Origin: Clostridia bacterium
Lineage (GTDB): Bacteria; Bacillota; Clostridia; Christensenellales; QALW01
NCBI GenBank assembly: GCA_045541035.1
Contig: JAZQII010000043.1
Span: forward strand, 64,539-128,538
Reading direction: 5' to 3'
DNA length: 64,000 nucleotides
Shown here: positions 1 to 7,722 of the stretch, piece after piece
Position numbering within the stretch: position 1 is the stretch's first letter
How the letters are laid out: each line of letters opens with the position of its first letter
Program-made: the position numbers and the translations under genes
The notes under the pieces: generated by a model
What the model was told of the DNA's origin: nothing
The model's database searches: none
Seen by the model: the letters and a program-made list of their open reading frames with translations, nothing else

Positions 1-1
1 T

Positions 2-613
2 AAAAAAGCATATCTTGATGGCTATGATACAACTTATATTCCCGAAGACGGTAATGCCGTTGCAGTGCTTTTCGGTATTTCCGATGAAAAACGCACAAAG
101 GAAATTTTAGAAACAGTTAAAAAGGAAACATGGACGCCCTACGGTGCATCAATGATAAATTCAGATTCGCTTAAAATTCGTGATGAATATCGAACCATTT
201 CTCCCGTTATGAATATGTATGAAGCGGAAGCACGCTTCTTAAATGACGATGAAGAAAACGCCCTTGAACTTATAAAGCGTTGCTGGGGCGGTATGCTTAA
301 AAAAGGTGCTGAAACTTTTTGGGAGTTTATCTCCAATGACGAAACAAAAAGATGGCATATCCCTGCACACGGTTGGGCATCAGGCTGTTGCTATCTCTTT
401 GGTGCGTACGTTTTAGGTATTCGTCCCAATAAATCAGGCTATGAGGAAGTGCTTTTCTCCCCCGCCGAAACACTTGAAAACTATAAAGGCGTTGTTCCAA
501 CAAAGAAAGGTCTTATCGCAATAAAAAAAGAGAATGGCAAATATACTATCGCCATCCCCAAGAGCGTTAAACTTATAACAGAAGTTAAAAACGTTGAGAT
601 TATTGAGTACTAA
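2..613 (+). CDS. Glycoside hydrolase, GH78 alpha-L-rhamnosidase-like, C-terminal fragment (5' end lies outside the window)
   Basis: The frame is open from nt 2 (KKAYLDGYDTTYIPEDGNAVAV precedes the tracked start), so the gene is cut by the window edge. CWGGMLKKGAETFWE and PAHGWASGCCYLFG resemble the end of the (alpha/alpha)6 domain and the C-terminal sandwich of bacterial rhamnosidases. This is recognition from memory, with no search. Confidence 0.5.
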   Translation, partial: KKAYLDGYDTTYIPEDGNAVAVLFGISDEKRTKEILETVKKETWTPYGASMINSDSLKIRDEYRTISPVMNMYEAEARFLNDDEENALELIKRCWGGMLKKGAETFWEFISNDETKRWHIPAHGWASGCCYLFGAYVLGIRPNKSGYEEVLFSPAETLENYKGVVPTKKGLIAIKKENGKYTIAIPKSVKLITEVKNVEIIEY

Positions 614-624
614 AAAATATTCAC

Positions 625-666
625 AAAAAACCGAACCCAATAAAATTCTTGGGTTCGGTTTTCTTT
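625..666. terminator. Bidirectional intrinsic terminator between convergent genes
   Basis: AACCGAACCC (629-638) pairs with GGGTTCGGTT (651-660). An A-run lies upstream and a T-run downstream. Confidence 0.7.
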
Positions 667-672
667 GTACTA

Positions 673-1323
673 TTATTTAATAATCTTATAGCCGATATGT
701 CCCGACATAATGTTAGGATCGTGGAACAGAAGAGGAATGATTTTATTATTACTGAATTCTTCAATAAACCTCCGGCTAAGCTTTTCATCGTATGAGGCGC
801 CGGTGCAAATTTTATCCGTCAAACATTTTTCATAATAACATTCATCGCCAACAAGTAGGTAGTTATCTGCCAAAACGACACAAGAGCCTATGGAATGTCC
901 ACCGATTTTCTTTATTCTTACGTTCTCATCCAATAAAAATTCATCATCGAACAAATGAACATTGAAGCTCTCAGGAATGTACTTTTTCGCTTCAATATAT
1001 TCGTTTTTTTGGATGTGTATAACGGCATTTGTATAATACTTGATAGCTTCCATGTGGTCGTGGTGCGAATGTGTAATGATAACATCGGTGATGTTATTTG
1101 GCAAGAGTCCATACTCTTTTAAAACATCAACGGGTTTTTGGAATTGGGACATTTCAAAGCCTGCACCATCATCACAGCCTACGTCAACAAGAATATTTTT
1201 GTTTTCGGTTTGTATCAAATAGATTGTAAATGAAATCGGCAAAAGTTTATCTTTGTTTCCGCCTTTAAAAATAAAGTTTTCTCCAAAAACGGACTCTCCG
1301 TATTTTAACGCTACGATTTTCAC
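673..1323 (-). CDS. MBL-fold metallo-hydrolase, lactonase-like
   Basis: 216 aa with the HxHxDH metal motif (ITHSHHDH). The GTG start overlaps the upstream stop (TAGTG). Confidence 0.7.
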   Translation of the reverse strand: MKIVALKYGESVFGENFIFKGGNKDKLLPISFTIYLIQTENKNILVDVGCDDGAGFEMSQFQKPVDVLKEYGLLPNNITDVIITHSHHDHMEAIKYYTNAVIHIQKNEYIEAKKYIPESFNVHLFDDEFLLDENVRIKKIGGHSIGSCVVLADNYLLVGDECYYEKCLTDKICTGASYDEKLSRRFIEEFSNNKIIPLLFHDPNIMSGHIGYKIIK

Positions 1324-2312
1324 TAAATCTCTAATACTACCTTTCCAATATTCTCACCGCGATAAAGAATATCGTGTGCTTCTTCTGCTTCGGTAATGGG
1401 AAGAATCTTATGAATAGTAGGTTTAACGGAGCCGTCTTCCACCTTGGGGAACACTTCATTTACAAGGCTTGAAAGGATCTGTGCTTTCATTTGGGGTGTA
1501 CGCGAGCGAAGGGTACTGCCAACAATTCTAACATTCTTTTTATAGATATTTTTAAGGTCGATATTGGTGTTTGTGCCTGCAAGTGCCGCAATAACTATCC
1601 AGCGACAGCCGTACTTAACGTAAGGAAGACAATCGCCCAAATTCTGTCCGCCAAGGCAATCGATGGCAATATCAACGGCTCTGCCTGCTTCTTCCTCTTT
1701 CTTTAAAACTTCGGGAAGGCTTTCTTTTCTTGTGTCAACAATTAAATCTGCGCCAAGATGCTTGATATTTTCAGGATCGGAAATTACAGTTGTGATAACG
1801 CGAAGATCAAAGGCTTTTGCCATAGGGATCACTACGCTTGCAAGACCTGAAGCGCCTGCCTGCATTAAAAGTGTGTCGCCCGCCTTTGCTTTGCCCTCAA
1901 CAAATAATTTTAAATATGCCGTTGCAAAGGCTTCGGGAATAGCCGCCGCTTCAGCCATAGAACAGTTTTTTGGAACGGGCATACACATACCGTACTCAAC
2001 GGAAACATACTCGGCATATCCGCCGCCGCCAAGCAAGGCGCAAACCTTATCACCGATTTTATAGTTTGATTTTTCCTTTGCACTCTCCGTCATTTCAACG
2101 ATCTCGCCTGAAACCTCAAGTCCCATCCATTCAGGGCAACCTTCGGGAGGCGGATAATCACCTTCACGTTGCATAAGATCGGCTCGGTTAAGTGCCGCGT
2201 ATTGAACTTTTATTAAAACTTCATCTTTCTTTAATGCGGGATATGGCACGTTATCCCATCTTAAGCTTTTATCGTCATTTACAAGAATTGCTTTCATTAC
2301 TTTTTTATCCAC
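1323..2312 (-). CDS. NAD(P)H quinone oxidoreductase (MDR superfamily, PIG3/Qor-like)
   Basis: 329 aa. AALNRADLMQREGDYPPP and GASGLAS Rossmann features are present. The GTG start is preceded by GGGGGA. Confidence 0.75.
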   Translation of the reverse strand: MDKKVMKAILVNDDKSLRWDNVPYPALKKDEVLIKVQYAALNRADLMQREGDYPPPEGCPEWMGLEVSGEIVEMTESAKEKSNYKIGDKVCALLGGGGYAEYVSVEYGMCMPVPKNCSMAEAAAIPEAFATAYLKLFVEGKAKAGDTLLMQAGASGLASVVIPMAKAFDLRVITTVISDPENIKHLGADLIVDTRKESLPEVLKKEEEAGRAVDIAIDCLGGQNLGDCLPYVKYGCRWIVIAALAGTNTNIDLKNIYKKNVRIVGSTLRSRTPQMKAQILSSLVNEVFPKVEDGSVKPTIHKILPITEAEEAHDILYRGENIGKVVLEI

Positions 2313-3329
2313 TTAAATATTCCCCCAATCAAACAATACACCTATTGGGAAATTTTTCTCGGTTACTAATCTGTTATAAATCTCATTTGCCTCTTTGGGT
2401 GAATGAATTTCGCAAATCATATCCTTAAAATTAAGGCGTTTTCCCTTAATAAGATTTAAAATTGCTCTAAGATCGTCGGCATCTGTCCACAATCCTGCAG
2501 ATGATTCTTTCTTCGGGCGTGCCATTGTATGGGCACCGATCAACGATATTCCTCTGCCGTGAACCTTACCGTAATAGTCAATTTCAAAATGCGAGCTTCT
2601 GGTGCAACCAAGAAGTGCAACTCTGCCCATTTGTTTCATACAATCAAGTGCTTGAATCAAACCGACACCAAGACCGGTTACTTCGATACAAACATTCACT
2701 CCGCCATCGCTTAGCGCTATAACGTCCTTTGTGAAAGTATCACTTGTGGGATCAAGAACATAATCTGCACCCATTTTTAAAGCAAACTCTCTGCGTTCTT
2801 TCACCGGATCAACGGCAATAACGGGATACGCGCCTGCCGCCTTTAACTGCTGAACTGCAAAAACGCCAAGAATTCCAAGCCCCATTACCATTGCGGATTC
2901 CCCGATTTCAAGATACGTTTTTCTTATAGCCGCAAGAGGAAAAGTGGAAATCAACGCCATAGATGCTTCCTTGGTGGAAACCTCATCGGGAATTTTAATT
3001 ACATTATTTCTGCTGATGGTAATATTCTTTTTATGCTTTCCCCAATAAACAACAACTCTGTCCCCGACCTTAATGTCAGTTACTTCACTGCCTATCTCAG
3101 TTACAATTCCCGCGGAACTGTAACCAACCGTTATTGGAAATGTAACCTCTTCATCTTCTGCCACGGTCGTTCCGTTTCTTGCTCCGATAAAGTTTGCCTT
3201 TTCTGTTCCTGAACTGATTGCCGAGTATTCAAGGCTTACCGTTACCTCATCTGCCTTAGGGGGCAGGCACGGAACATCAAGAAGTTCGGCTGTATACGGT
3301 GCGGTAAACACTATTTGTTTTGTTTGCAT
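2313..3329 (-). CDS. Zinc-type alcohol/polyol dehydrogenase (MDR family)
   Basis: GroES-like N-domain plus a GLGILG Rossmann motif. I moved the start to MQTKQIVF (3329), directly after the upstream stop at 3332. Confidence 0.7.
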   Translation of the reverse strand: MQTKQIVFTAPYTAELLDVPCLPPKADEVTVSLEYSAISSGTEKANFIGARNGTTVAEDEEVTFPITVGYSSAGIVTEIGSEVTDIKVGDRVVVYWGKHKKNITISRNNVIKIPDEVSTKEASMALISTFPLAAIRKTYLEIGESAMVMGLGILGVFAVQQLKAAGAYPVIAVDPVKERREFALKMGADYVLDPTSDTFTKDVIALSDGGVNVCIEVTGLGVGLIQALDCMKQMGRVALLGCTRSSHFEIDYYGKVHGRGISLIGAHTMARPKKESSAGLWTDADDLRAILNLIKGKRLNFKDMICEIHSPKEANEIYNRLVTEKNFPIGVLFDWGNI

Positions 3330-3331
3330 AA

Positions 3332-4327
3332 TCACACTTCCTTTCCGCAAGATCTAAGTATCAACTTATAAAGACCAAGCTCATAATCATAAGAATACGG
3401 GTTTTCTTTTCCTCTTATTATTTCTGCAAAATTGCGCATCATATGATCATAACGGTCATATATCTCCGATTTGCTTGTTTCCCACTCTTTATACCAATTA
3501 GCGCTATATGCTTCGTTCATTACGGTATATTGACCGTTTTCTGTCGGAACCTCAAGAGGTTTTATTTCTATAGTTCCTTTTTCACCGCAAATAACAAGCT
3601 GTCTTCTTAAAAAGCCACCGCTTTCGTTTGCGCAGGTTTTGGCAAAAGATACTCCGTTTTTATATTTTAATGCAACCATTCCGTAATCATCGGCTGTAAC
3701 GCCATCACAACCGGTTGAACAATTAAGAGGTATAATTTTTTCCGGCTCGCCCTGAATCTGATAAATTAAATCAAGAAGATGGCATCCCAAGAAGAACAAC
3801 ATTCCTCCGGGGAAATTCTCAAGCCATTGTCTGATCTCAGCAGAATGTTTACAGTCCATATGCGCTTCAACCGAATATATTTCACCAAGCTCGCCGTTTT
3901 TTATTTTCGCAAAGGCTTCTTGGATCTTTGGATTAAAGCGATACATATATCCCGTTGAAAAAGTCAGGTTTTTAGATTTTAATATTTCAATAAGTTTTTC
4001 AAAATCATCATAATCAACACCGCCCGGTTTTTCCATATGCAGATGCTTGCCTGCTTTTGCTGCCATAAGAGCATATTTGGTAAGGTAAATTTCCTCCGTT
4101 TCCACCGCAACCGCTTCGATGGTGGGATCATTCAATATCTCTTCTACCGTCATCTCCTTATAGCCTTCAAATATTTTTACCTTTTCTGGAAACTTTTCCC
4201 TTTCATTTTCAGGAAGTGCATATCCTGCAACTTCAAAAATATCTTCTTGCTTTAAGAAGCTGTTCCATATATGATAACCGTGGCTGTTTCTACTTGTGCC
4301 TATTTGTGCAACTCTTATTTTTTTCAT
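3332..4327 (-). CDS. Gfo/Idh/MocA family oxidoreductase
   Basis: N-terminal Rossmann MKKIRVAQIGTSRNSHG and the family EKP motif (HLHMEKPGG). I moved the start to 4327, which has a GGAG RBS. Confidence 0.8.
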   Translation of the reverse strand: MKKIRVAQIGTSRNSHGYHIWNSFLKQEDIFEVAGYALPENEREKFPEKVKIFEGYKEMTVEEILNDPTIEAVAVETEEIYLTKYALMAAKAGKHLHMEKPGGVDYDDFEKLIEILKSKNLTFSTGYMYRFNPKIQEAFAKIKNGELGEIYSVEAHMDCKHSAEIRQWLENFPGGMLFFLGCHLLDLIYQIQGEPEKIIPLNCSTGCDGVTADDYGMVALKYKNGVSFAKTCANESGGFLRRQLVICGEKGTIEIKPLEVPTENGQYTVMNEAYSANWYKEWETSKSEIYDRYDHMMRNFAEIIRGKENPYSYDYELGLYKLILRSCGKEV

Positions 4328-4343
4328 ATTATAATGCTCCATT

Positions 4344-5132
4344 CTATATAATATCAGGATAAAAATCAAAATTATCACGTACTGCTTTTACTGCTTTCAC
4401 CGTAGGCTGAGTGGGTACTGCACATTCATCGTGTTCGCGCACCGCAAGATACATTGAGCATCCTAACTGACCGCCGATCATTCTGTGAATTTTTGAGTGA
4501 GTTCCGCCCGATAAGAACAAGAACGGCACTTTAAGTTCTTTTTTGAGCAGAGTGGTAATTCTCAGGTTTTCCATTTCTTCTTCAACGGAATTGCCTGCCG
4601 TTACGATCTTAACAACGTCAGCACCGCGCTTTTGTTGTTCATATGCGATTTCAAGAACAGTTTCAGCAGGGGTAAATTTTAACACGTGGGAGGACATAAG
4701 TGCTTCCTTGCCCATATGGTGTATCCTATCAATAAGTCTTTTCTGTTTATCGATGGCATCCTGCTTCATTGAAAGCTCTAAGCCAATACCCATACCCGAT
4801 TCGCTATCAAAGGCACTGCCCATAACATCACCTAAGGTTGCACCGCATTTTAAAGCAACCAGAAGCTCTTCGGTGATCTCTTCATCACTTAATCCTTCAT
4901 TTTGTTGTGCGCGGTAGTTAGTAATATAAATAGGATGATTTGAGCAAGAAGCAAATATATTTCTATAGTTTTCTTCAGTTTTAAACTCTCTTTTCAAGCG
5001 TTCAAGCTGAATTCCCAAACAGTCTGCCCCATCATAAATCGAGTTTTTAACTGCAAAACGGATTGCATCGGGATTATCCTTTAATATCATTGAAGTAATT
5101 AAAGGTTGATTCTGATTTAAGAATGTTGCCAT
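4344..5132 (-). CDS. Type I 3-dehydroquinate dehydratase (AroD)-like protein
   Basis: 262 aa. VVKIVTAG gives a Schiff-base Lys context. FLSGGTHSKIHRMIGGQLGCSMYLA resembles the AroD C-terminal MSMG..SR....FGS region. No other shikimate genes are nearby. Confidence 0.5.
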   Translation of the reverse strand: MATFLNQNQPLITSMILKDNPDAIRFAVKNSIYDGADCLGIQLERLKREFKTEENYRNIFASCSNHPIYITNYRAQQNEGLSDEEITEELLVALKCGATLGDVMGSAFDSESGMGIGLELSMKQDAIDKQKRLIDRIHHMGKEALMSSHVLKFTPAETVLEIAYEQQKRGADVVKIVTAGNSVEEEMENLRITTLLKKELKVPFLFLSGGTHSKIHRMIGGQLGCSMYLAVREHDECAVPTQPTVKAVKAVRDNFDFYPDII

Positions 5133-5896
5133 TGTTTTTCCCTCTTCATAGCATTTCTGCCACCATCAATCATAATATTTTCGCCGTTGATAAACTGACC
5201 TTTATCAGATGCAACAAAAAGCACAAGGTCGATAATTTCCTGCGGTTCAGCGGCACGACCTAACAAAGTCTTCATATTTGCCATTGCGGCTCTTGTAAGT
5301 ACGGGGCCCGGTGAAATGCAAACGCATCTGATATTGTAGGGTGCACCGAACTGGGCAATGGACTTTGTTAAGCCAAACATAAGCCCTGCCTTTGCGGTAG
5401 GATAATCCATACCGTAGCCATCACCCTCCTGACCTGTAATTGAGCCGATATTTATTATTAAACCACTTTTCTGCTGACGCATTACCTTTGCGGCGGCGTG
5501 GGCAAAATAGAAAGGTCCTTTTAAGTTTACGTCAATACCCCAATCGTAAACGTCAATGGGAACATCGGGAAATTCAGGACATTCTTCCATATTAACCTTG
5601 CACATTCTTGTTGCCGTTCCGCCTGCAAAATTGCAAACCATATCAAGTGAGCCAAACTCTTTAACCGCTAAATCTACTGCGGCACAAACTTGTTTATAAT
5701 CTCTTACATCACAAAGACAAGCAACTGCCTTGCCCTGATTTTTTTCATTTATTTCTTTTACTTTTTCATTTAAAACTTCTTCGTTTACGTCACACATTAC
5801 AACGTTGCCGCCTAAAGAAGCAAAGTTCTGTGCAAACAAAAGTCCCATACCTGACGCGGCACCTGTTGAAATTGCTGCTTTGCCTTTAAATTCCAT
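5117..5896 (-). CDS. SDR family oxidoreductase
   Basis: TGAASGMG cofactor motif and YPTAK (YxxxK). I moved the start to MEFKGKAA (5896), which has a GGAGA RBS. Confidence 0.8.
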   Translation of the reverse strand: MEFKGKAAISTGAASGMGLLFAQNFASLGGNVVMCDVNEEVLNEKVKEINEKNQGKAVACLCDVRDYKQVCAAVDLAVKEFGSLDMVCNFAGGTATRMCKVNMEECPEFPDVPIDVYDWGIDVNLKGPFYFAHAAAKVMRQQKSGLIINIGSITGQEGDGYGMDYPTAKAGLMFGLTKSIAQFGAPYNIRCVCISPGPVLTRAAMANMKTLLGRAAEPQEIIDLVLFVASDKGQFINGENIMIDGGRNAMKREKQWQHS

Positions 5897-5909
5897 AATA
5901 ATTTCTCCT

Positions 5910-6632
5910 TTAAATTTTCTTTCTGCAACCATCAATCTGATAGTCCTGACCTGAAATATATGCTGCCTTATCACTTGCAAGGAAGCTGATAAGATAAGCG
6001 TATTCCTCTAATTTGCCGGTTCTTCCCATATAACATTGTTCATTTTCGATTTTAGCATCTTCATTTCTGATTGTGCCGGGAACAACGTTATTTACCGTAA
6101 TGCCATATTCAGCGACCTCTTTTGCAAGTGCCTTGGTAAATGAGCTTACCGCACCCTTGGTCATTGAATAATCAACCATATTTGCATTGCCGTAAACTCC
6201 TGCTACTGAGCCGATGTTGATAATTCTGCCATAATTATTTTCTATCATATTAGGAAGAACTTCGTGGCTAAAATACATAAGCCCCAAAATATTAACGTTT
6301 ATCTTCTTTTTCCATTCTTCACTTGTCGTTTCAACAAAAGTTCCCCAAGTGCGCCACAGACCGGCATTATTCACAAGAATATCAATTTTGCCGTAAGTTT
6401 TGATCGCATCTGCCACGACCTCTTTTACGCGATTTTCGTCGCTTACGTCGCACACATATGCTGAAGCATTTGCACCCATTGTTTCAATTTGATTTTTTAC
6501 AAGTTCGAGTTTTTCACCATCAATATCAACAATGCACACATTTGCACCTTCTTTGGCAAATTCCAATGCCGTTGCCTTTCCAAGACCGATAGATGCACCG
6601 GTAACAACAACAGTTTTATTCTTAAATTCCAT
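5910..6632 (-). CDS. SDR family oxidoreductase (FabG-like)
   Basis: TGASIGLG, NNAG and YSMTK (YxxxK) motifs. Confidence 0.85.
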   Translation of the reverse strand: MEFKNKTVVVTGASIGLGKATALEFAKEGANVCIVDIDGEKLELVKNQIETMGANASAYVCDVSDENRVKEVVADAIKTYGKIDILVNNAGLWRTWGTFVETTSEEWKKKINVNILGLMYFSHEVLPNMIENNYGRIINIGSVAGVYGNANMVDYSMTKGAVSSFTKALAKEVAEYGITVNNVVPGTIRNEDAKIENEQCYMGRTGKLEEYAYLISFLASDKAAYISGQDYQIDGCRKKI

Positions 6633-6656
6633 AAATGCACCTCCATTATTTTGTTC

Positions 6657-6685
6657 ATTATATCATCTTGCCAAATTCTTTTCAA
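6657..6685 (-). promoter_or_regulatory. Candidate sigma-A promoter of the redox operon
   Basis: On the minus strand, TTGAAA (6685-6680), a 17-nt spacer, then TATAAT (6662-6657). Confidence 0.55.
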
Positions 6686-6696
6686 TATGCTATACT
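6668..6696 (+). promoter_or_regulatory. Candidate sigma-A promoter of the AraC regulator gene
   Basis: TTGCCA (6668-6673), a 17-nt spacer, then TATACT (6691-6696). It overlaps the divergent operon promoter. Confidence 0.5.
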
Positions 6697-6738
6697 ATAA
6701 AAAAAGTAACTATTCTGTAATTTAGGAGATTTTCACCG

Positions 6739-7494
6739 ATGAAAAAAGGAATTTTTGTGTCAGAACTGTCTTTTCAAAAACACGTTTTCAATAAATTTCA
6801 CTTCTGTCGCGGTAATAACAGTAAGCGCAAATCAAGACTGGGTATTATTTTAAAAGGTTCAGGCACATATTTATACTTAAACAAAAAACTCGACGTAAAA
6901 AAAGGTGACGTTGTTTTTATTCCTGAAAATATCTTTTGTTATTCTTCCTGGCAAGGTGAACCTGAAATTGAAGTTTTATACATAAGTTGTTTTATTCACT
7001 ATGAAGGCTTTCAATATGAGCCGCAAACGGTAAACTGTCAGCAAAGCACAAAAGATGATCTTTTGAAAATATCAGAACTTCTAAGTTCTGATTACCTTGA
7101 CGAACTTGAAGCCTATTCCCTTTTTTATAAAGTTCTTAAAACTATTTTGCCCCAAATGAAAATATCAAACTTTGCTTTTGACAAAACACTTCAGATAGCC
7201 ATTGAATATTTATCTGAAAATTGGGATAAGGATTTTTCGGTAAGTGATCTTGCGAAAAAATGCCTTATAAGCGAATCTTCAATATACCACTTGTTTCAAA
7301 AAGAAATGGGACAAACTCCCGTTAGTTTCCTTAATTCAATAAGAATCAACAAAGCCATTGAATTTCTGGAAAACACAAACTATTCTGTTTCAACTATCAG
7401 CAACATGGTAGGTTTTAATTCGGAAAATCATTTCAGAAAAGTGTTTGTTTCGCTCACCGGTACAACACCCTTAAAATTTAGAAAGAGAACGTAA
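6739..7494 (+). CDS. AraC family transcriptional regulator
   Basis: C-terminal double HTH (SVSDLAKKCLISESSIYHLFQKEMGQTP ... STISNMVGFNSENHFRKVF) and a cupin-like N-terminal domain. It is divergent from the operon. Confidence 0.85.
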   Translation: MKKGIFVSELSFQKHVFNKFHFCRGNNSKRKSRLGIILKGSGTYLYLNKKLDVKKGDVVFIPENIFCYSSWQGEPEIEVLYISCFIHYEGFQYEPQTVNCQQSTKDDLLKISELLSSDYLDELEAYSLFYKVLKTILPQMKISNFAFDKTLQIAIEYLSENWDKDFSVSDLAKKCLISESSIYHLFQKEMGQTPVSFLNSIRINKAIEFLENTNYSVSTISNMVGFNSENHFRKVFVSLTGTTPLKFRKRT

Positions 7495-7515
7495 AAAACG
7501 GTGAAAATTCACCGT
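7495..7515. repeat. Direct repeat copy 1 (terminator-type palindrome AAAACGGTGAAAATTCACCGT)
   Basis: Perfect 8-bp palindrome preceded by A6. On the minus strand it reads as a hairpin plus U6. Confidence 0.7.
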
Positions 7516-7645
7516 CAGTCTGCTGACAAAGTCAGCAGGCTGCCAGAGTTCGAGAAACCCTTGCAAGCCAAGACGCGGTGTTCTAAAAGCGAGGGCGCTT
7601 ACAAAGTCGTAAGTAACCGAGCTTTTATGGTTACCGCAACAAAGG

Positions 7646-7680
7646 AAATAAAGACCTGCGAGTGCAGGTCTTTATGTTTG
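7646..7680. terminator. GC-rich hairpin with U-rich flanks on both strands
   Basis: AAGACCTGC-GAGT-GCAGGTCTT (7651-7672), followed by TATGTTT on plus and ATTTCCTTT on minus. Confidence 0.5.
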
Positions 7681-7701
7681 CATGGGTTTGTCAGTGCTCT
7701 G

Positions 7702-7721
7702 AAAACGGCAAAATTCACCGT
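7702..7721. repeat. Direct repeat copy 2 (AAAACGGCAAAATTCACCGT)
   Basis: Identical to copy 1 except TG is replaced by C. It is followed by TTTTATTTT. Confidence 0.7.
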
Positions 7722-7722
7722 T

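Larger units (their letters stand above)
7495..7722 (+). ncRNA. Candidate structured RNA or small non-autonomous element (unclassified)
   Basis: A 12-bp hairpin at 7516-7542. Long-range pairings join 7544-7548 to 7697-7701 and 7555-7568 to 7676-7689. These enclose a multi-hairpin junction (7575-7637) and a GC-rich hairpin (7651-7672). The G-U pairs work only on the plus strand. No RBS or convincing ORF is present. Confidence 0.3.

Noticed and set aside
4344-4378. Apparent long gene overlaps (4344-4378, 5910-5980, 3332-3350, 21298-21325, 24659-24702)
   Set aside because: These are artefacts of longest-ORF calling. In each case an internal ATG with a good RBS sits immediately after the upstream stop.
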